The notes beneath the pieces are model-generated. The model was not told the origin of the DNA, did no database searches, and saw only the letters and a list, made by a program, of their open reading frames with translations. Of a DNA stretch of 64,000 nucleotides, positions 13,351 through 25,900 are shown piece after piece. Position 1 is the first letter of the stretch. Each line of letters starts with the position of its first letter. Both the position numbers and the translations under genes were made by a program. The DNA is taken from the NCBI RefSeq assembly GCF_006345805.1, contig NC_043002.1:84382001-84446000 (forward strand). The letters run 5' to 3'. The stretch is from Octopus sinensis (Eukaryota).

Positions 13351-13737
13351 ATGCGCCAGGAGTGGCTGTGTGGTAAGTAGCTTGCTTACCAACCACATGG
13401 TTCCAGGTTCATTCCCACTGCGTGGCACCTTGAGCAAGTGTCTTCTACTATAGCCTCGGGCTGACCAAAGCCTTGTGAGTGGATTTGGTAGACGGAAACT
13501 GAAAGAAGCCCGTCGTTTATATGTATGTGTGTATGTGTTTGTTCCCCCAACATCGCTTGACAACTGATGGTGGTGTGTTTACGTCCCCTGTAACTTAGTG
13601 GTTTGGCAAAAGAGACCGATAGAATAAGTACTAGGCTTACAAAGAATAAGTCCTGGGGTCGATTTGCTCAACCAATGGCAGTGCTCCAGCATGGTCACAG
13701 TCAAATGACTGAAACAAGTAAAAGAGAGTAAAGAGTA
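13351..13737 (+). mobile_element. Family A SINE, full length
   Basis: Matches 7134-7518. Confidence 0.9.
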
Positions 13738-14229
13738 TGTGACTTATGACCACAAAAAATAAATAAATAAATAAAATTTTGGACGTTGGGCAGTTGCATG
13801 AATGATAACTATGGCAGCATCTGGCAATGCAGGCCTCACTCAGGCCTAAGCATCCACTGCCTACCAGTCTTTCACTCAGTTGATTTCAAGCATCAACTGC
13901 AAGAATGAAAATAATGTTGAAAAATATGAATCCACCATATGACCAGATTGACTTACAACCAGTCAGTTGGAACAGAACTTGAGTTGTAAGTTGAGGAGAA
14001 GGTGTACTGTCCATCATTCTTAGAATCATAATTGGATTTGATGCACAATCAAGAAGGAAAAAAATGCATGCGTATGTGCAAGTTTAAATGAGTACAAGCA
14101 TGTGGCATGTATGTGTAAGAGAATTATGGATTTTACATACACTTACTCCATTACTGCTAAGGTATATGGTTGTTACAAATTTTAATATTTGCATATTGTG
14201 AAAGAAAATAACATTTTGTGTTGAATACC

Positions 14230-14617
14230 TTTACTACAAGGTATTCAACACAAGGATGTTTGCAAAAGGGACATGAAGGTCTGCAACATCTATATTAGCA
14301 ACTGGGAAGCAGTTGCCAGCAACCGTGGAGATTGGTGATGCACTGTAAAAGAAGGAACACAAAGGAGTGACAGAGAGAGAGAGGAGAAATGGAAAGACAA
14401 GAAAAGACATCAACAAGAAAGTATGACATTACAACCAGCCAGGAAAAGTCTTCGCTACATTTGCGGCACCTGCTAGAGGGAGTATTTGTCCAGGATAGGA
14501 CTACACAGCCACAGCAGGAAATGTATTAGGACATGAAATGTAAAAGCCTGACTAGATTATTTTATGAGCAACTCCATTGTTTCCCGAGACAAAAAGGATG
14601 CCAACAACAACAACAAC
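14230..14617 (+). mobile_element. RTE-BovB-like LINE 3' end
   Basis: CKRDMKVCNI..NWEAVASNRGDW; C2H2-like YICGTC*REYLSRIGLHSHSRKC; tail ggatgcc(aac)n. Confidence 0.75.
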
Positions 14618-14747
14618 CTTTACTACATTAATTTTGCTGTCATACTTTTATTTTCAGTTTGATTATTTTGACTTACACTTTAATCACAGATTTGGAATAT
14701 ATTGTATGTCCAACCTACACAGACATACATATAAATATATATGTATA

Positions 14748-14948
14748 CGAGGTGGTGAGCTGGCAGAATTGTTAGCATGATGGGCATGCTTTACGTCTTT
14801 ACATTCTGAGTTCAAATTCCACTGAGGTCGACTTTTCTCTTCATCCTTTCAATGTTGATTAAATAAATACCAGGTGAGCACTAGGGTCTATGTAATCGAC
14901 TTACTCTACCCCCGAATTGCTGGCCATGCACCAAAATTTGAAACCAAT
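14748..14948 (+). mobile_element. Family B SINE
   Basis: Head gaggtggtgagctggcagaa...ctgagttcaaattcc; tail aaaatttgaaaccaat. Confidence 0.82.
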
Positions 14949-15455
14949 ATATATATGTATACACACACATGGATGTATAACATGCATATTGGAGATCTTT
15001 CTTACCTTAAAAATATATACACGTTATTGCTTAACAAATAACATAACTTGATAACAGATGTACACAGCCAGAAACTTATTGACATCATCAGATCTAATTA
15101 AATTTTTATATTAGTCAATCTTTAAAAATGCAATACTTTGGTTTAAATATTCTATCTAATTCATTTGGAGAGAATATTTATGAAGAGCTATTTAGAAGTT
15201 CTCCATATGAAAACTAAAGCAAAATGGTAAATTTTGATTAACAGCTTATGTACAAGACTACAAATTTATGTAACTTGATACTTTAGTATGTAGACTCCAG
15301 AAGGATGAAAAGAAAAGTTGACCATGTCAGGATTTGAATGGAGTACATTACTAGACAATCATTGTGTACATGATTACATAAAAGATAATTAAATAGACCT
15401 CCTACAAGGCAGTAACAGCAACAACAGCAAACTCTCACTTAACCATCCATCCATA

Positions 15456-15461
15456 TTTATT
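15456..15461 (-). promoter_or_regulatory. Candidate INTS2 polyadenylation signal (AATAAA)
   Basis: AATAAA on the minus strand about 355 nt after the stop, followed about 25 nt later by a GU-rich tract (tttgctgttgttgctgttac). Confidence 0.45.
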
Positions 15462-15815
15462 TCAAATAATCAATGAGGAAATTAAAATAATTTGTGAAGA
15501 AGTCAGTGAATGGGTAGGATAAAAATGATCTGTTGTATAACCAAGGAGGAACATGTGAAGAAATGGCATGTATCCAAAAGAGTACATGGAAAGGGCTAAT
15601 GTGTCATGAAATGATCCTGTCAGTGGGCAATGGTCAAAATGAGGTGGGTTTTGTATGCTTGACTGAAAGGTATGATGTATGAATGATGATTAGTCAACAG
15701 AGAGTGATTTGGTATGCAAGCAGTGGTTGAAGAAGAAATGATCATGAGATGTAAGAAATGACGAAATGATTTGGTTAGTTATCTACAAGATCATACTGGT
15801 ATCAAAATGCACAAT

Positions 15816-15985
15816 TCAGTAAATATTTCGCATCACAACAGCTTTCTGAACTATTTCTGAGAATGTGGCGCGCACAATTTGGTTTAGTTTAAAGTACTGT
15901 CCAGACAAAGTTCCTTTGACAAATGTTGTAACTTTTCTGATGTTTGCATCAGAGTGATCAAACGAGTCTTTGTTATTGATAAAAG
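15816..15985 (-). CDS. INTS2: INTS2 last coding exon with TGA stop
   Basis: Long pyrimidine tract then ttttag|CT. Phase matches the previous exon. Open to TGA at 15816-15818: AFINNKDSFDHSDANIRKVTTFVKGTLSGQYFKLNQIVRATFSEIVQKAVVMRNIY*. Its end weakly resembles human LCHCIERTVIEIINM. Confidence 0.82.
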
Positions 15986-16247
15986 CTAAAAGGCAAGAAG
16001 AGAAAAGAAAATTAAGAAATGAGAAATACTGATGAGAATTTATTTTCTCTATTTTGATAAAAAGAAAAAAAAGATGACTTGAATTTACAAATCAGCACAG
16101 AGATTTTTGACTATCAGATAAATTAGGATATGACTGTATCTTAGACACAGGTGAATAATGGATTAAACAAACACTGTTGAAACATCTAAACATATTGACT
16201 TGCTAATAAAGAATCATTTAAAAATCTTTATCTCTCAAATCTATTCC

Positions 16248-16657
16248 GGATCTTTTCGGTTTGAACGGCAATTTTTTCTAGTGGTGTCATATTAAATTGT
16301 CACCCATAATTATGACCCTAGTATCAATCTATTGCATTTCAATCTGTTTTAGAGTTAGGGGTGGGAGTGAGGGTATCTTTTTTTCTTCACAAATGTAAAT
16401 AAACCCAATTTGTTTCTTAAACGAGGGACATATTCATACGGCACAGAATGTTTTTTACCTCAATGGACGTCAGTGATTGGTTGAAATTGCAGAAATTGAA
16501 GGAAAAAACAACAAATATCTTACAAACTATAGAATTTTCTCAATAAAGCCAAGAGAAAAAAATGTTTTATAAACACATTCTACTAGTATACAAAGTTTAA
16601 AATCTTTTAGTTACCTAGAAATTATGTTAAAAACTGCTGTTCAAACCGAAAAGATCC
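16248..16657. mobile_element. MITE with GG...CC termini and 8-bp TSD (Merlin-like by inference)
   Basis: TIRs ggatcttttcggtttgaacggca / tgctgttcaaaccgaaaagatcc. TSD tctattcc at 16240-16247 and 16658-16665. Confidence 0.9.
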
Positions 16658-17220
16658 TCTATTCCTTCAGACAAGCACAAAATATATATCAGCATTTATC
16701 AATTGCTAGACTAGACTCAAAATTCATCTTCTGTATGAAATGTCAGTATCTCAGAGTGACTGCATCTACTTTCTCCAGCTCCCACCAATGGAGGAGTTTC
16801 TACATATTGCTCGACTTGCTAAAAGTAGTAGCCAAATCTCTCTAAAATTACAACCTACCAACTTAGACAAAGACACATTGGACAATGTAATCCTGAGTGC
16901 ACAGTGCCTGGGACAAAGATGTGATATTCACAGCTTGAACACCTTTGATGATAATTCTGTTTATTCAGGGCTCCTCAACAACATCAGCAGCAGCAGCAGA
17001 AGTAGCAACAACAACAATAACTACCCAGCATTACAATAGACATCATCAAAACTTCTGATCAATGACACGCTGGATGGCACAACAGATGCAACGTGTTTGC
17101 AATGTCACACTGCACATCACATGGTCAACTCTGGCACAACAGTGACAAACTGTGATGCTACACAACTCAGACATAGCAGAGCTAACATACAAGATTTATA
17201 AGTTGCTCTTCACTGTTTAA

Positions 17221-17439
17221 CCCATTAGTATTTAAACCGGCCATATCCGGCCAAAATATTTAATCTGTTTTATGTTCAAACTGACCAGATCCAGGCTCTC
17301 ACACCTACCCTACAATGTTATTCTACATTAGGTAATTACACCATCAAGATCTTGAAGATATGGGATAATGCATGATTAATTCAAATCAATGTGAATCAAT
17401 AGGCATTATGTTTGATAGAATAATCAGAATACTAAAGGG
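17221..17439. mobile_element. piggyBac-like MITE (TTAA TSD, CCC...GGG termini)
   Basis: ttaa|cccattagta...tactaaaggg|ttaa. Confidence 0.85.
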
Positions 17440-17604
17440 TTAAGTGACAACTCTTGTTTTAAAAGACTGTCTGCATGAGGAAAACAGGCTAAGAACTAAT
17501 GAACAACAAAACCATCAACAAACAACAACAACAACAACAACAAAAATAATAATTTGCTTTTAAAACCTTCAGCTGTTCTACAATATTAAAAGTCGGATAC
17601 ATAC

Positions 17605-17772
17605 CTGTTTGCATGACATTGCTGGTTGAGCTGAGGGTTGCAATACAAACACGTCCTATTTGCATGAGTAGGCTGGTAACGTCTTCACACAATGGTGGGA
17701 ATGCTTGACATATCAACAGTAATGACGGAACCGTTTTGATAAGAAATTCAGCACGCTCGTGAGCTGAAAAGG
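17605..17772 (-). CDS. INTS2: INTS2 coding exon
   Basis: tttcag|CC...ACA G|gtatgt. AFSAHERAEFLIKTVPSLLLICQAFPPLCEDVTSLLMQIGRVCIATLSSTSNVMQT. 168 nt. Confidence 0.95.
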
Positions 17773-18109
17773 CTGAAAAAGTAAAATAAGAAAAATTGAA
17801 TGTGTGTGTGTGTGTGTGCATGCAGTTGACATTAAGAGCAATTGTACAAACAAATGGAATAAAAAAATCCCTTGGCAAAGAGGTAAGAGCCAGCAACAGG
17901 AAGAACATCCTGCTTTAAATATTTCCTTGTTCAACCAATGGTAGTATGGAAAAACAGATGCTAAATGAATGAACAAATGATTCTATCTATCTATCTAAAT
18001 TTATATACATGTGACTGGGAAGCAAACTGCTTGATCACACAGCCATACCAGCAACGAAATTTCTGTTGATTCACCAAGAGGTGAGAAATTACAGAATTCA
18101 ATATTTCTT

Positions 18110-18422
18110 TTTTCTTGCTTCCGTCATTGAACTGTGGCCATGCTGGGGCATAGCCTTGAAAGATTTAGCTGAAACAAAATGACTCCAGCACTTATTTTTT
18201 TAAAGCCTTGTACTGATTATAATTGGTCTCTTTTGCCCAAAGCACTAAGTTACAGGGACATAAACAAACCAACACCAATTGTCAAGCAGTGGTGGTGGGG
18301 CAAATACAACACACACAAACGACAGGCTTCATTCAGTTTCCATCTACCAAATCCACTCACAAGACCACATAGTTGAAAAGTAAGCACCTCAATCACACAG
18401 CCATGGCTATGTCTATAGCCAT
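18110..18422 (-). mobile_element. Family A SINE, degenerate with internal deletion
   Basis: gtcattgaactgtggccatgctggggca...tttccatctaccaaatccactcacaag. Confidence 0.75.
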
Positions 18423-18517
18423 GCCTTATTCTAACTGAATGGTTTTAAATTTGCATTCTTTCAGCTTGAATTTTAAATCATCAGATATTTGAATATATTT
18501 TAAAATAATATCTGAAA

Positions 18518-18830
18518 GCCGGTGACATGTAAAAAGCACCGTCCGAACGTGGCAGATACTAGCGTCGCCTGACTGGTGTCCATGTCGGTGACATGTAAAA
18601 GCACTAACCGATCGTGGCCGTTTGCCAGCCTGCTCTGGCCCCTGTGCCAGTGGCATGTAAAAAACACCCACTACACTCATGGAGTGGTTGGCGTTAGAAA
18701 GGGCATCCAGCTGTAGAAACACTGCCAAATCAGACTGGAGCCTGGTGCAGCCTCCATGGCTTACCAGACCCCGGTCGAACCGTCCAGCCCATGCTAGCAT
18801 GGAAAACGGACGTTAAATGATGATGATGAT
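18518..18830 (+). mobile_element. Family C retroposon (internal ~60-nt repeats, (GAT)n tail)
   Basis: gggcatccagctgtagaaac...catgctagcatggaaaacggacgttaaa(tga)n. Confidence 0.85.
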
Positions 18831-19144
18831 TGAGAAATGCATAGTTTGATATTGTTTAATAACGTCTGACAAACACAAGCCATGTACACAAACAAATAGA
18901 TTGGTGTGTGTGTGTGTGTGTGTGAGTATTAATATGTTTAAATGCATATGTATATGCCTTTGTACAAGAAAAAGTAAACAGCTGGACAAATGTAAAAAGA
19001 TCAAAAGATAAACAGATGGCTTGATAGATAGAGAAATATACAATTACATAAATAGATAAATTTTCACACATCATCATCATCATCATCACAACCACCACTA
19101 CCATCACCATCATCATTACCTTCGTCATTATCCTCATTGTTTAA

Positions 19145-19366
19145 CTCTTTTGATACCAACCCGGCCAAAACCGGCTGTGACTCTATAGTACAAATGTCTT
19201 CTTTTCATAAGTATTGAATTAAAATCTTCCACCAAACCTTAATCATAGTTTATGTTCCTCACACTAGCTGAATTATAACTAAGTTCTTTTACTAAATTCT
19301 TTGTTGTATTTAAAATTAATTGAATGAAACACAGAGCATCTCAAAATAAATATGGTAACGAAAGGG
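19145..19366. mobile_element. piggyBac-like MITE, related subfamily
   Basis: ttaa|ctcttttgatacc...ggtaacgaaaggg|ttaa. Confidence 0.75.
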
Positions 19367-20559
19367 TTAAATATCCACTTTTACATTCTTGGCATGGCTC
19401 AGATATAATTTGTTGAAACAGACAGATACCAGTCCTGTTGGCAACCTTCACCTGTTTCTAAGTAAGGTAATATTTCCCCATGACCAGACATGTTTTCACG
19501 TTACAGTGACATTTGTTTACAATTATCCTGCCATGTAAAGACAAGGAGACAGTAACACACACACACATGATGGGATTCTTTCAGTTTCTGTCTACCAATG
19601 AACCCACAAGATTTGGTCAACCCAGGGCTAAAGCAGAAAACACTTGCCCAAGGTGTCACACAGTGGGACTGAACCCAGAATCATGTGGTTGGGAAGCAAA
19701 CTTCTTATCACACAGCTATGAAGTATAAAGTATGTAAGCCCTTTCTTAGTTTTAGGTTCTATAGTGTTCAATGTACAGTGAAACATAAAACTATTCACAA
19801 TTATGGTTCCTGTTGTTAAGAGCGAAGGGTAAGACCCCAAATAGCTTAGCTCCAGTGATATCACAAAAGTTACCTAAACGATGATAATCATCATCCTTTA
19901 ATGTCTGTTTTCCCAGCTGGCATGGGTTGGATGGTTTGACCAGGGCTGGTAAGCTGGATTCTAGTCTGATTTGGTTTGATTCCTAAGGCTAGGGACTCCA
20001 GCTCCTGAATAGCCTTTCCTATGGATGCAAATAGTCACAAAGTAGTATCAGTTTACCCTCTCTTAGACAAACTGCTTTCCTAGGATAATGAGTTCCAGCC
20101 ACCTGAACTACTTTTTAAATGATACAATCACTTACCTTTGTCCCTTCTATCAGATGAAATAGTTCTGTTAAAACATGCTTTTGGGATGTCAAATGACAGT
20201 GTCTACCTTCATAATGAATCAAACAAAGGCTACCCAGTCTAACCCAGATGAGGATGAAAACCAAAGTATATGAAGTATTCAACAGGAACATGTTCACAGA
20301 TAATGCAACATCCGTGTGTCTGTCCTTGTTTGTCCCCTCTGTGTTTAGCCCCTTGTGGGTAGTAAAGAAATAGATAATGCAGCATTGGAAACACACTTTT
20401 AAAAACAACACAATGTCATATGAACAGCTTCTCAAGAACAGTGATATCACAAAAGTTACCTGAATGATATCAGGTATTTTTTGTTACCTGATAACATTCA
20501 GTTTATGATATCATAAACTGAAGAAGACCAGCATTTGGAGTACCACCTCTCAGTCATTA

Positions 20560-21105
20560 CCATCAACAATTGCAAGTTGGACATAGTTACATATTTTGGT
20601 TCTACCAACACGAGGAACCTCTCTCTAAAGTCTGAGGTCAACAGACCAAGTTGAAGAATAACTTTAACATTTACAAGTCTGACAAAGGGAATCTGAGAGA
20701 ATAATAAGCTAAGGATGTATATTAAGGTTGTGGTCTACAAAGCCTGTATCCTCAGCATACTACTTTACTACAAAAAAGATCTGAAGGTGTTAAGGAGTGA
20801 CTTTTGTCTGGAATAGAGATTCATCTGAGTAGCATATGAACACCTTCCATCTTTGCACCTTAATTGCACTCTGGATATCAAATGGACTGACTAGGTCATC
20901 AACAAAATTGTTCTGGACTGTGCTCAGACCCCAGCCTCTTTGATCAACTCCAATAATGACGTCTCCACTGGATGGACCACATACACTCCATGTCAGATGG
21001 AAGGATCTAGAAAGGCTTGCTGTAGTGGAACGTGCCACTGACAGAAAGAGAGCTCAAAGGCAACTATACCTTGATTTCAAAGATTAAAGATGTCTGCAAG
21101 AGAGG
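20560..21105 (+). mobile_element. Decayed RTE-like LINE, RT C-terminal region
   Basis: IKVVVYKACILSIL; HMNTFHLCTL; RLHWMDHIHSMSDGRI*KGLL. Confidence 0.7.
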
Positions 21106-21514
21106 CACAATATATTAAGAAATAAACTTAATATATTGTGCTAAGAAAAGTGGGGGAATGAACAAATAAATGAATTAACACACACACACACTGCATATTT
21201 TCCTGATAAGATATGCCAGGTGTGCAGTAACTTCAGTATTCAATATCTGAAAGGAGATACTAATTACTTAGCAAACATAATAATATCAAATGTATACAGA
21301 TCAATGAATAAAGACAAAATTTACTGATCAATAAGAAACACGCACACTGAAATAGAAAGAACTGAAAGAAGGTAATTAAAAAATGCTCCATTATTTAACC
21401 AATACATCAGCAGTGAAGTCACAAAACACATTTTAGGTTATATGACTAATAGTTTGATTAAAAAAAAAACATATGTCATACATATTGTGCTAGTTAAAAA
21501 GAAGGAAGACTCAC

Positions 21515-21620
21515 CTCCCAGCACTGTAAACATAATGTTGATGATAACCCGAGCTATGTTCATTGCTTTAGGCAAGGCATATTGAAGGCATAAATGACTG
21601 GCCAGCTCAATAGCAAACAT
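21515..21620 (-). CDS. INTS2: INTS2 coding exon
   Basis: ttcaag|ATG...GGA G|gtgagt. MFAIELASHLCLQYALPKAMNIARVIINIMFTVLG. 106 nt. Confidence 0.96.
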
Positions 21621-22384
21621 CTTGAAGAGAAAGAAACACTTTTATTAACGAAGAGAAGTAAAGGAGATTCAGATAAAAGACAAGGGATAGAGAACAGTAA
21701 AGACATAGATTAAAGTAAATATATTCCAAAGAGTATCAACCATGAAATCCATTCTTCATCATCTTCTGTCTACTTAATCTGTTGATTGATTATATATTTT
21801 TATGTACCCTAAAATAAGAATATCTGCCATGTGCTGTAATGTGGTAGCTTCTCTACACCTGAATTTACAGTTTAAAGTTCTGTCCTGAAGCCACATCAAA
21901 ACCATCTTCTCTCCTTTTCCAACAAGGATAGCCATGTAATTCCTCTACAGCAAAACACCTGTTCCTATTCTTCTATCATATTCTTGACTCTTGAGAGCTA
22001 GCATAAGCCACCGCCCTCAATACTATACCCTCCCCTCAATCAAGGGATCTTGTCTTGTAAGTTACCTGACAACTTCATTAGTGCTAGTGACACAAAAAAA
22101 GCACCCAGTACACTATGTAAAGTGATTGGTGCTACAAAGGGCATCTAGCTGTAGAAGCCATGTCAAAATAGACATTGGAATTAACACAATCCTCTGACTA
22201 GGTTGTTGTATAAGGAATCAGATCTAGAATCATGTGGTTGTGAAGTGCACTTGTTAAACACAGCCTTGCTGATATTAATTATTGCAACTTAAAGTTGTTC
22301 ACCTTACTGCTATCAAGAAGTTACAGGTGTGTTTAGTCGAGGGAGAGGGAGAGAAAGAAATGTACATACATACGTACATATGTA

Positions 22385-22985
22385 TGAATGTATCAACTCT
22401 TTTATGGGGAGTTAGCTAAAGGAGAACAACCTCCACATAAACCAAAAAAGAGATATAAGGACTTGCTGAAGGCTTCCTTAAGAGATGCTTGCATCTCTCC
22501 TGACACATGGGAAGGCATAGCCATTGATCGTAGCAGGTGGAGAAGGATTGTGCACGAGGGGACAGCCACTTTTGAGAAATCTTGAGTGGCACATGAGAAA
22601 ATAAGGAGGGATGTCAGGAAGGGCATCGCTGTTACACTTCCAGATGGGAAGGGTCTTCCTATGATGCTGACATGCAGTGTCTGTGCAAGACCCTGTCTCA
22701 GTAAAGCTGGACTCAGTCATCTTCATAGTCATAAAGCGGGACAGATGAGTGACAACCTGGCCACTGGTGTTGGTGTAACACACCATACTAATTATATCTG
22801 TCGGGCATGTGGAAGAGAGTGTAATTCGGCAGGAGGACTTAAATGACATGCAAGGTACATGAAGCCCAGTTACAACTACAGCCGGCTATTACCGGTAAAG
22901 GTTTTAGTTGCCAATTCTGTACAAGACACTGTAGATCTTTGGCTGGGCTAAAAAGTCACATTCGATCACAGCACCAGTAACAGTT
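22385..22985 (+). mobile_element. RTE-BovB-like LINE 3' end with three C2H2-type zinc fingers
   Basis: QLFYGELAKGEQPPHKPKKRYKD...DTWEGIAIDRSRWR; CSVCARPCLSKAGL(S)H; CRACGRECNSAGGLK*HA; CQFCTRHCRSLAGLKSHIRSQH. Confidence 0.8.
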
Positions 22986-23029
22986 AAGCTTCGTGCAATG
23001 GCCATGCACGATAACGAGGGGAAGCCATA

Positions 23030-23066
23030 ATGTATGTGTGTGTGTGTGTGTGTATGTATGTATATA

Positions 23067-23097
<31 letters not shown>

Positions 23098-23270
23098 GCA
23101 AATAAATACATATATATAGATATATATATATATATGTGCACATAAATACATATATATAAATATGCATATATATCTATATACATACATACATACATACGTA
23201 CATACATACATGCATGCATGCATACATACATACATACATACATGCATACATACATACACACATATATATA
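23030..23270. repeat. Compound (TG)/(TA)/(TACA) microsatellite
   Basis: Directly visible. Confidence 0.95.
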
Positions 23271-23909
23271 TGAACATGCCAATGTTATCTATTATTGTAA
23301 TATAATTAATGTGTTTGTTGTTACTTATGCTTCTGCGTCTTCAGATGCAGTACACACTTTCTTTCACATGTGTGGAAGGAACTTAACGAAATGAATCCCA
23401 TTCAAAGAATACGGCTGACCTCTCATACTCAAAACTTGGGATAGGATTAGAATTAAAATTAATGGTAGAAAGATAAGATAAGTATTCAAGGACAGAACAA
23501 CTCTATGCCAGTATAATCTTTGCTTCCATTCATGAAATCTCTTAACTCAAAATTGGTAGCTATTATAGCAGAACTCTATAATATGAGTTACATAAGCTAT
23601 CAGTAAAAGTAAATATTAGTGAAATTTCTCAATGAATATAAATAATGAATTATGAATGGAATTTAATCATATGAGAAAACATAAGCCAATGAGGAAATCT
23701 TTGTGTTATTGCTTGACTTGCTAGAAACTGCAGCATGCTGTTTTGAAATCACACCCTATCAAGCTAACCACCCCCTGAAGGACACATGGATAATGTCTTA
23801 CTAGATACACTGTGTCCAAAACATAAACAAGATGAGAGGATCATAACTGGAACTGACCTGGGGTTAAACAACAATTACAATAAAACATACTAAAAGAAAA
23901 TTGTAAAAC

Positions 23910-24132
23910 ATGGTTTCTAATTTAGTCACAAGGCCAGCATTTTTGAGGTGAAAGGAACAGTTGATACCATCAACCACAGTATTTAACTGGTACTTTATTT
24001 TATTGACCCTGAAAGGATAAAAGGCAAAGTTGGCCACCGTGGGACTTGAACCCAACTCAGAACATAAAGTCAGAAGAAATATAGCAAAGCATTTACTCTG
24101 GTTCTCTAACGATTCTGCCAGTGCAGTGCCTT
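23910..24132 (-). mobile_element. Family B SINE, degenerate
   Basis: ctggtactttattttattgaccctgaaaggataaaaggcaaagtt core. Confidence 0.75.
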
Positions 24133-24195
24133 ATACTCATCATATATTGTTGAAGAAAATTATAATAGCAACAGGCAGATTACAAGTCAACTTAC

Positions 24196-24303
24196 TTGTT
24201 TTTCCATCTGAGGTTGGCTGAGAAGTTCTGGAATGAAATCAAAGCATATGTGCATTGATGGTATACCTGCCACTGTAATGGGTAATAGTTCACTTGGGTA
24301 ACC
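24196..24303 (-). CDS. INTS2: INTS2 coding exon
   Basis: ttgcag|GGT...CAA|gtaagt. GYPSELLPITVAGIPSMHICFDFIPELLSQPQMEKQ. 108 nt. Confidence 0.97.
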
Positions 24304-24506
24304 CTGCAAAAGAAATTTCTATATTATTTTTTAATCTTTTAGTGAAGAAAGAAAGCTGTACTCCCAATCCTCTCCAGAGCTTCTAAGACTGGTAGAAGGG
24401 AGGTATCCACAAATTAGATATCTAGCTTTAATGCTTACAACAGAGCACTACTTCCTTAAACCGGAGTGTAAGCCACTGATAGATCATAGGCCATGGACGA
24501 AGCATT

Positions 24507-24721
24507 GATGGAGCATAGGCTATCGATGGAGCAGAGATTGTCAATGGAGCACAGGCCATGGATAGAGCAGAGGCCATTGATGGAGCAGAGGCGATTGATA
24601 GAGCAGAGGCCATTGATAGAGCAGAGGCGATTGATAGATCAGAGGCCATTGATAGAGCAGAAGTCATCGATGGAGCAGAGGCCATTGATAGAGCAGAGCC
24701 ATTGATGGTGCATAGGCCATC
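24507..24721. repeat. 18-bp minisatellite, 12 units (consensus gatagagcagaggccatt)
   Basis: Units in register from 24507; one unit is 17 bp. Confidence 0.95.
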
Positions 24722-24724
24722 GAT

Positions 24725-25075
24725 GGCTTTTCTCTACTGTTCTCATCTCTGGGCTGTCGTTTCTGCTTCTCTCCAGTTGGACACTGCTTTTTCAACTTTG
24801 GGGCCTTGCAGCTTCCTTTTGGATTTTGCTGCACTACATTATAAGCTTCCCTGAGGGAAGGTCTTCTCCAAGTCTTATTGGTTTTGAATTGCCATTGATG
24901 CTTCCATAACTTTCTTTCTATGTAGGGATGTTAGCCATATGCAAACCTAATTTTGCATATGAGAAGAGGTGGTCCATATTAGACTGGCCACTATCTTTTG
25001 ATTTGTCCAGCATGGGAGGCTTTACCAGGATCTTGTGCTCCACTGTCATAGCTTTCAGGGTTAGTGAGGCACACA
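24725..25075 (-). mobile_element. Probable RTE-type LINE 5' end fragment
   Basis: Minus strand reads gtggtggcttgtgtgcctcactaaccctgaaagctatg...cctggtaaagcctcccatgctggacaaatcaaaaga, resembling RTE 5' leaders as I recall them. Confidence 0.5.
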
Positions 25076-25329
25076 AGCCACCACATCACAACCATGACTA
25101 GACCTTGTGGTGGTTACAACAGAGTAGGAGTTCATATCAGACACAGAAAATGGTGAAGCTAAGAATTCTAATCTTGAATCTAACCAGATTTGGCAGAATT
25201 CACTTTATTACAAGTTTTAACACCAGGACCCCAGTTTGAAGATAACTTGTTCTTATTCAGAGGCCCTGAAACAAAGTCATAGGTGCTGCTCTTTCCTCCC
25301 TGACTAAATGGTTAAAAAGAATTTTAATA

Positions 25330-25900
25330 TTTGTATGAACAATACAAGAAGTGACTATGAGGTGAGAGATGAAGAAAGAGATCTTGTAAAGGGTAAGAGC
25401 AGGATGGAAAGCATTCAACTTGGTGAAGGATGTGCTGAAGGTGAACCTAGACAAGGCAACTTGCACCAATTTCTTCAACAGTAAAGTTTTGCCCACAATG
25501 CTATATGCATGTGAAACTTGGCTCTTGATGAAGAAAAGTCCTCTGCTTACGGCAGAGAGAGCCATGGAAAAGTTGATGTTGGGAATCTTACTAAGAGATC
25601 AACCTGGAATGAGGAGATCAGGGATAGAACTAGAGTGAAGGACATAGTTGCAGAATACCCCCACGCAAAGCTATGACAAGCCAGTCATGATGCAAGGGTC
25701 ACAGACAATTGGCAGACCCATGCAGTTGTCAAGTGGAACCCATGTGAGCAGAAGACCTCCAATCAGGTGGGAAGATGATTTAAGAAAAATGTTTGGAACA
25801 ATGTGGAGGAGAATGGCAAGAGCATGAGGGGAATGGAGTGAATGCTGTGGCCAGCAGAGCCGACTTGTCACCAGACAGCCTGGCTGATCCAGGTGATGAA
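25330..25900 (+). mobile_element. RTE-1-like LINE 3' fragment
   Basis: FNSKVLPTMLYACETWLL...TAERAMEKLMLGILLRD; RPPIRWEDDLRK. Confidence 0.8.

Noticed and set aside
16740-17039. 99-aa plus-strand ORF in the last INTS2 intron
   Set aside because: No recognisable homology; contains (CAG)/(AAC) microsatellite and a SINE scrap; no convincing splice sites.
22904-23282. Y/V/C/M-rich ORFs
   Set aside because: Microsatellite translation.
24428-24854. Repetitive ORFs (IEQRPL)n, (DRAEAI)n, (SALSMA)n
   Set aside because: The 18-bp unit is open in several frames on both strands; no splice or homology support, and it is intronic to INTS2.
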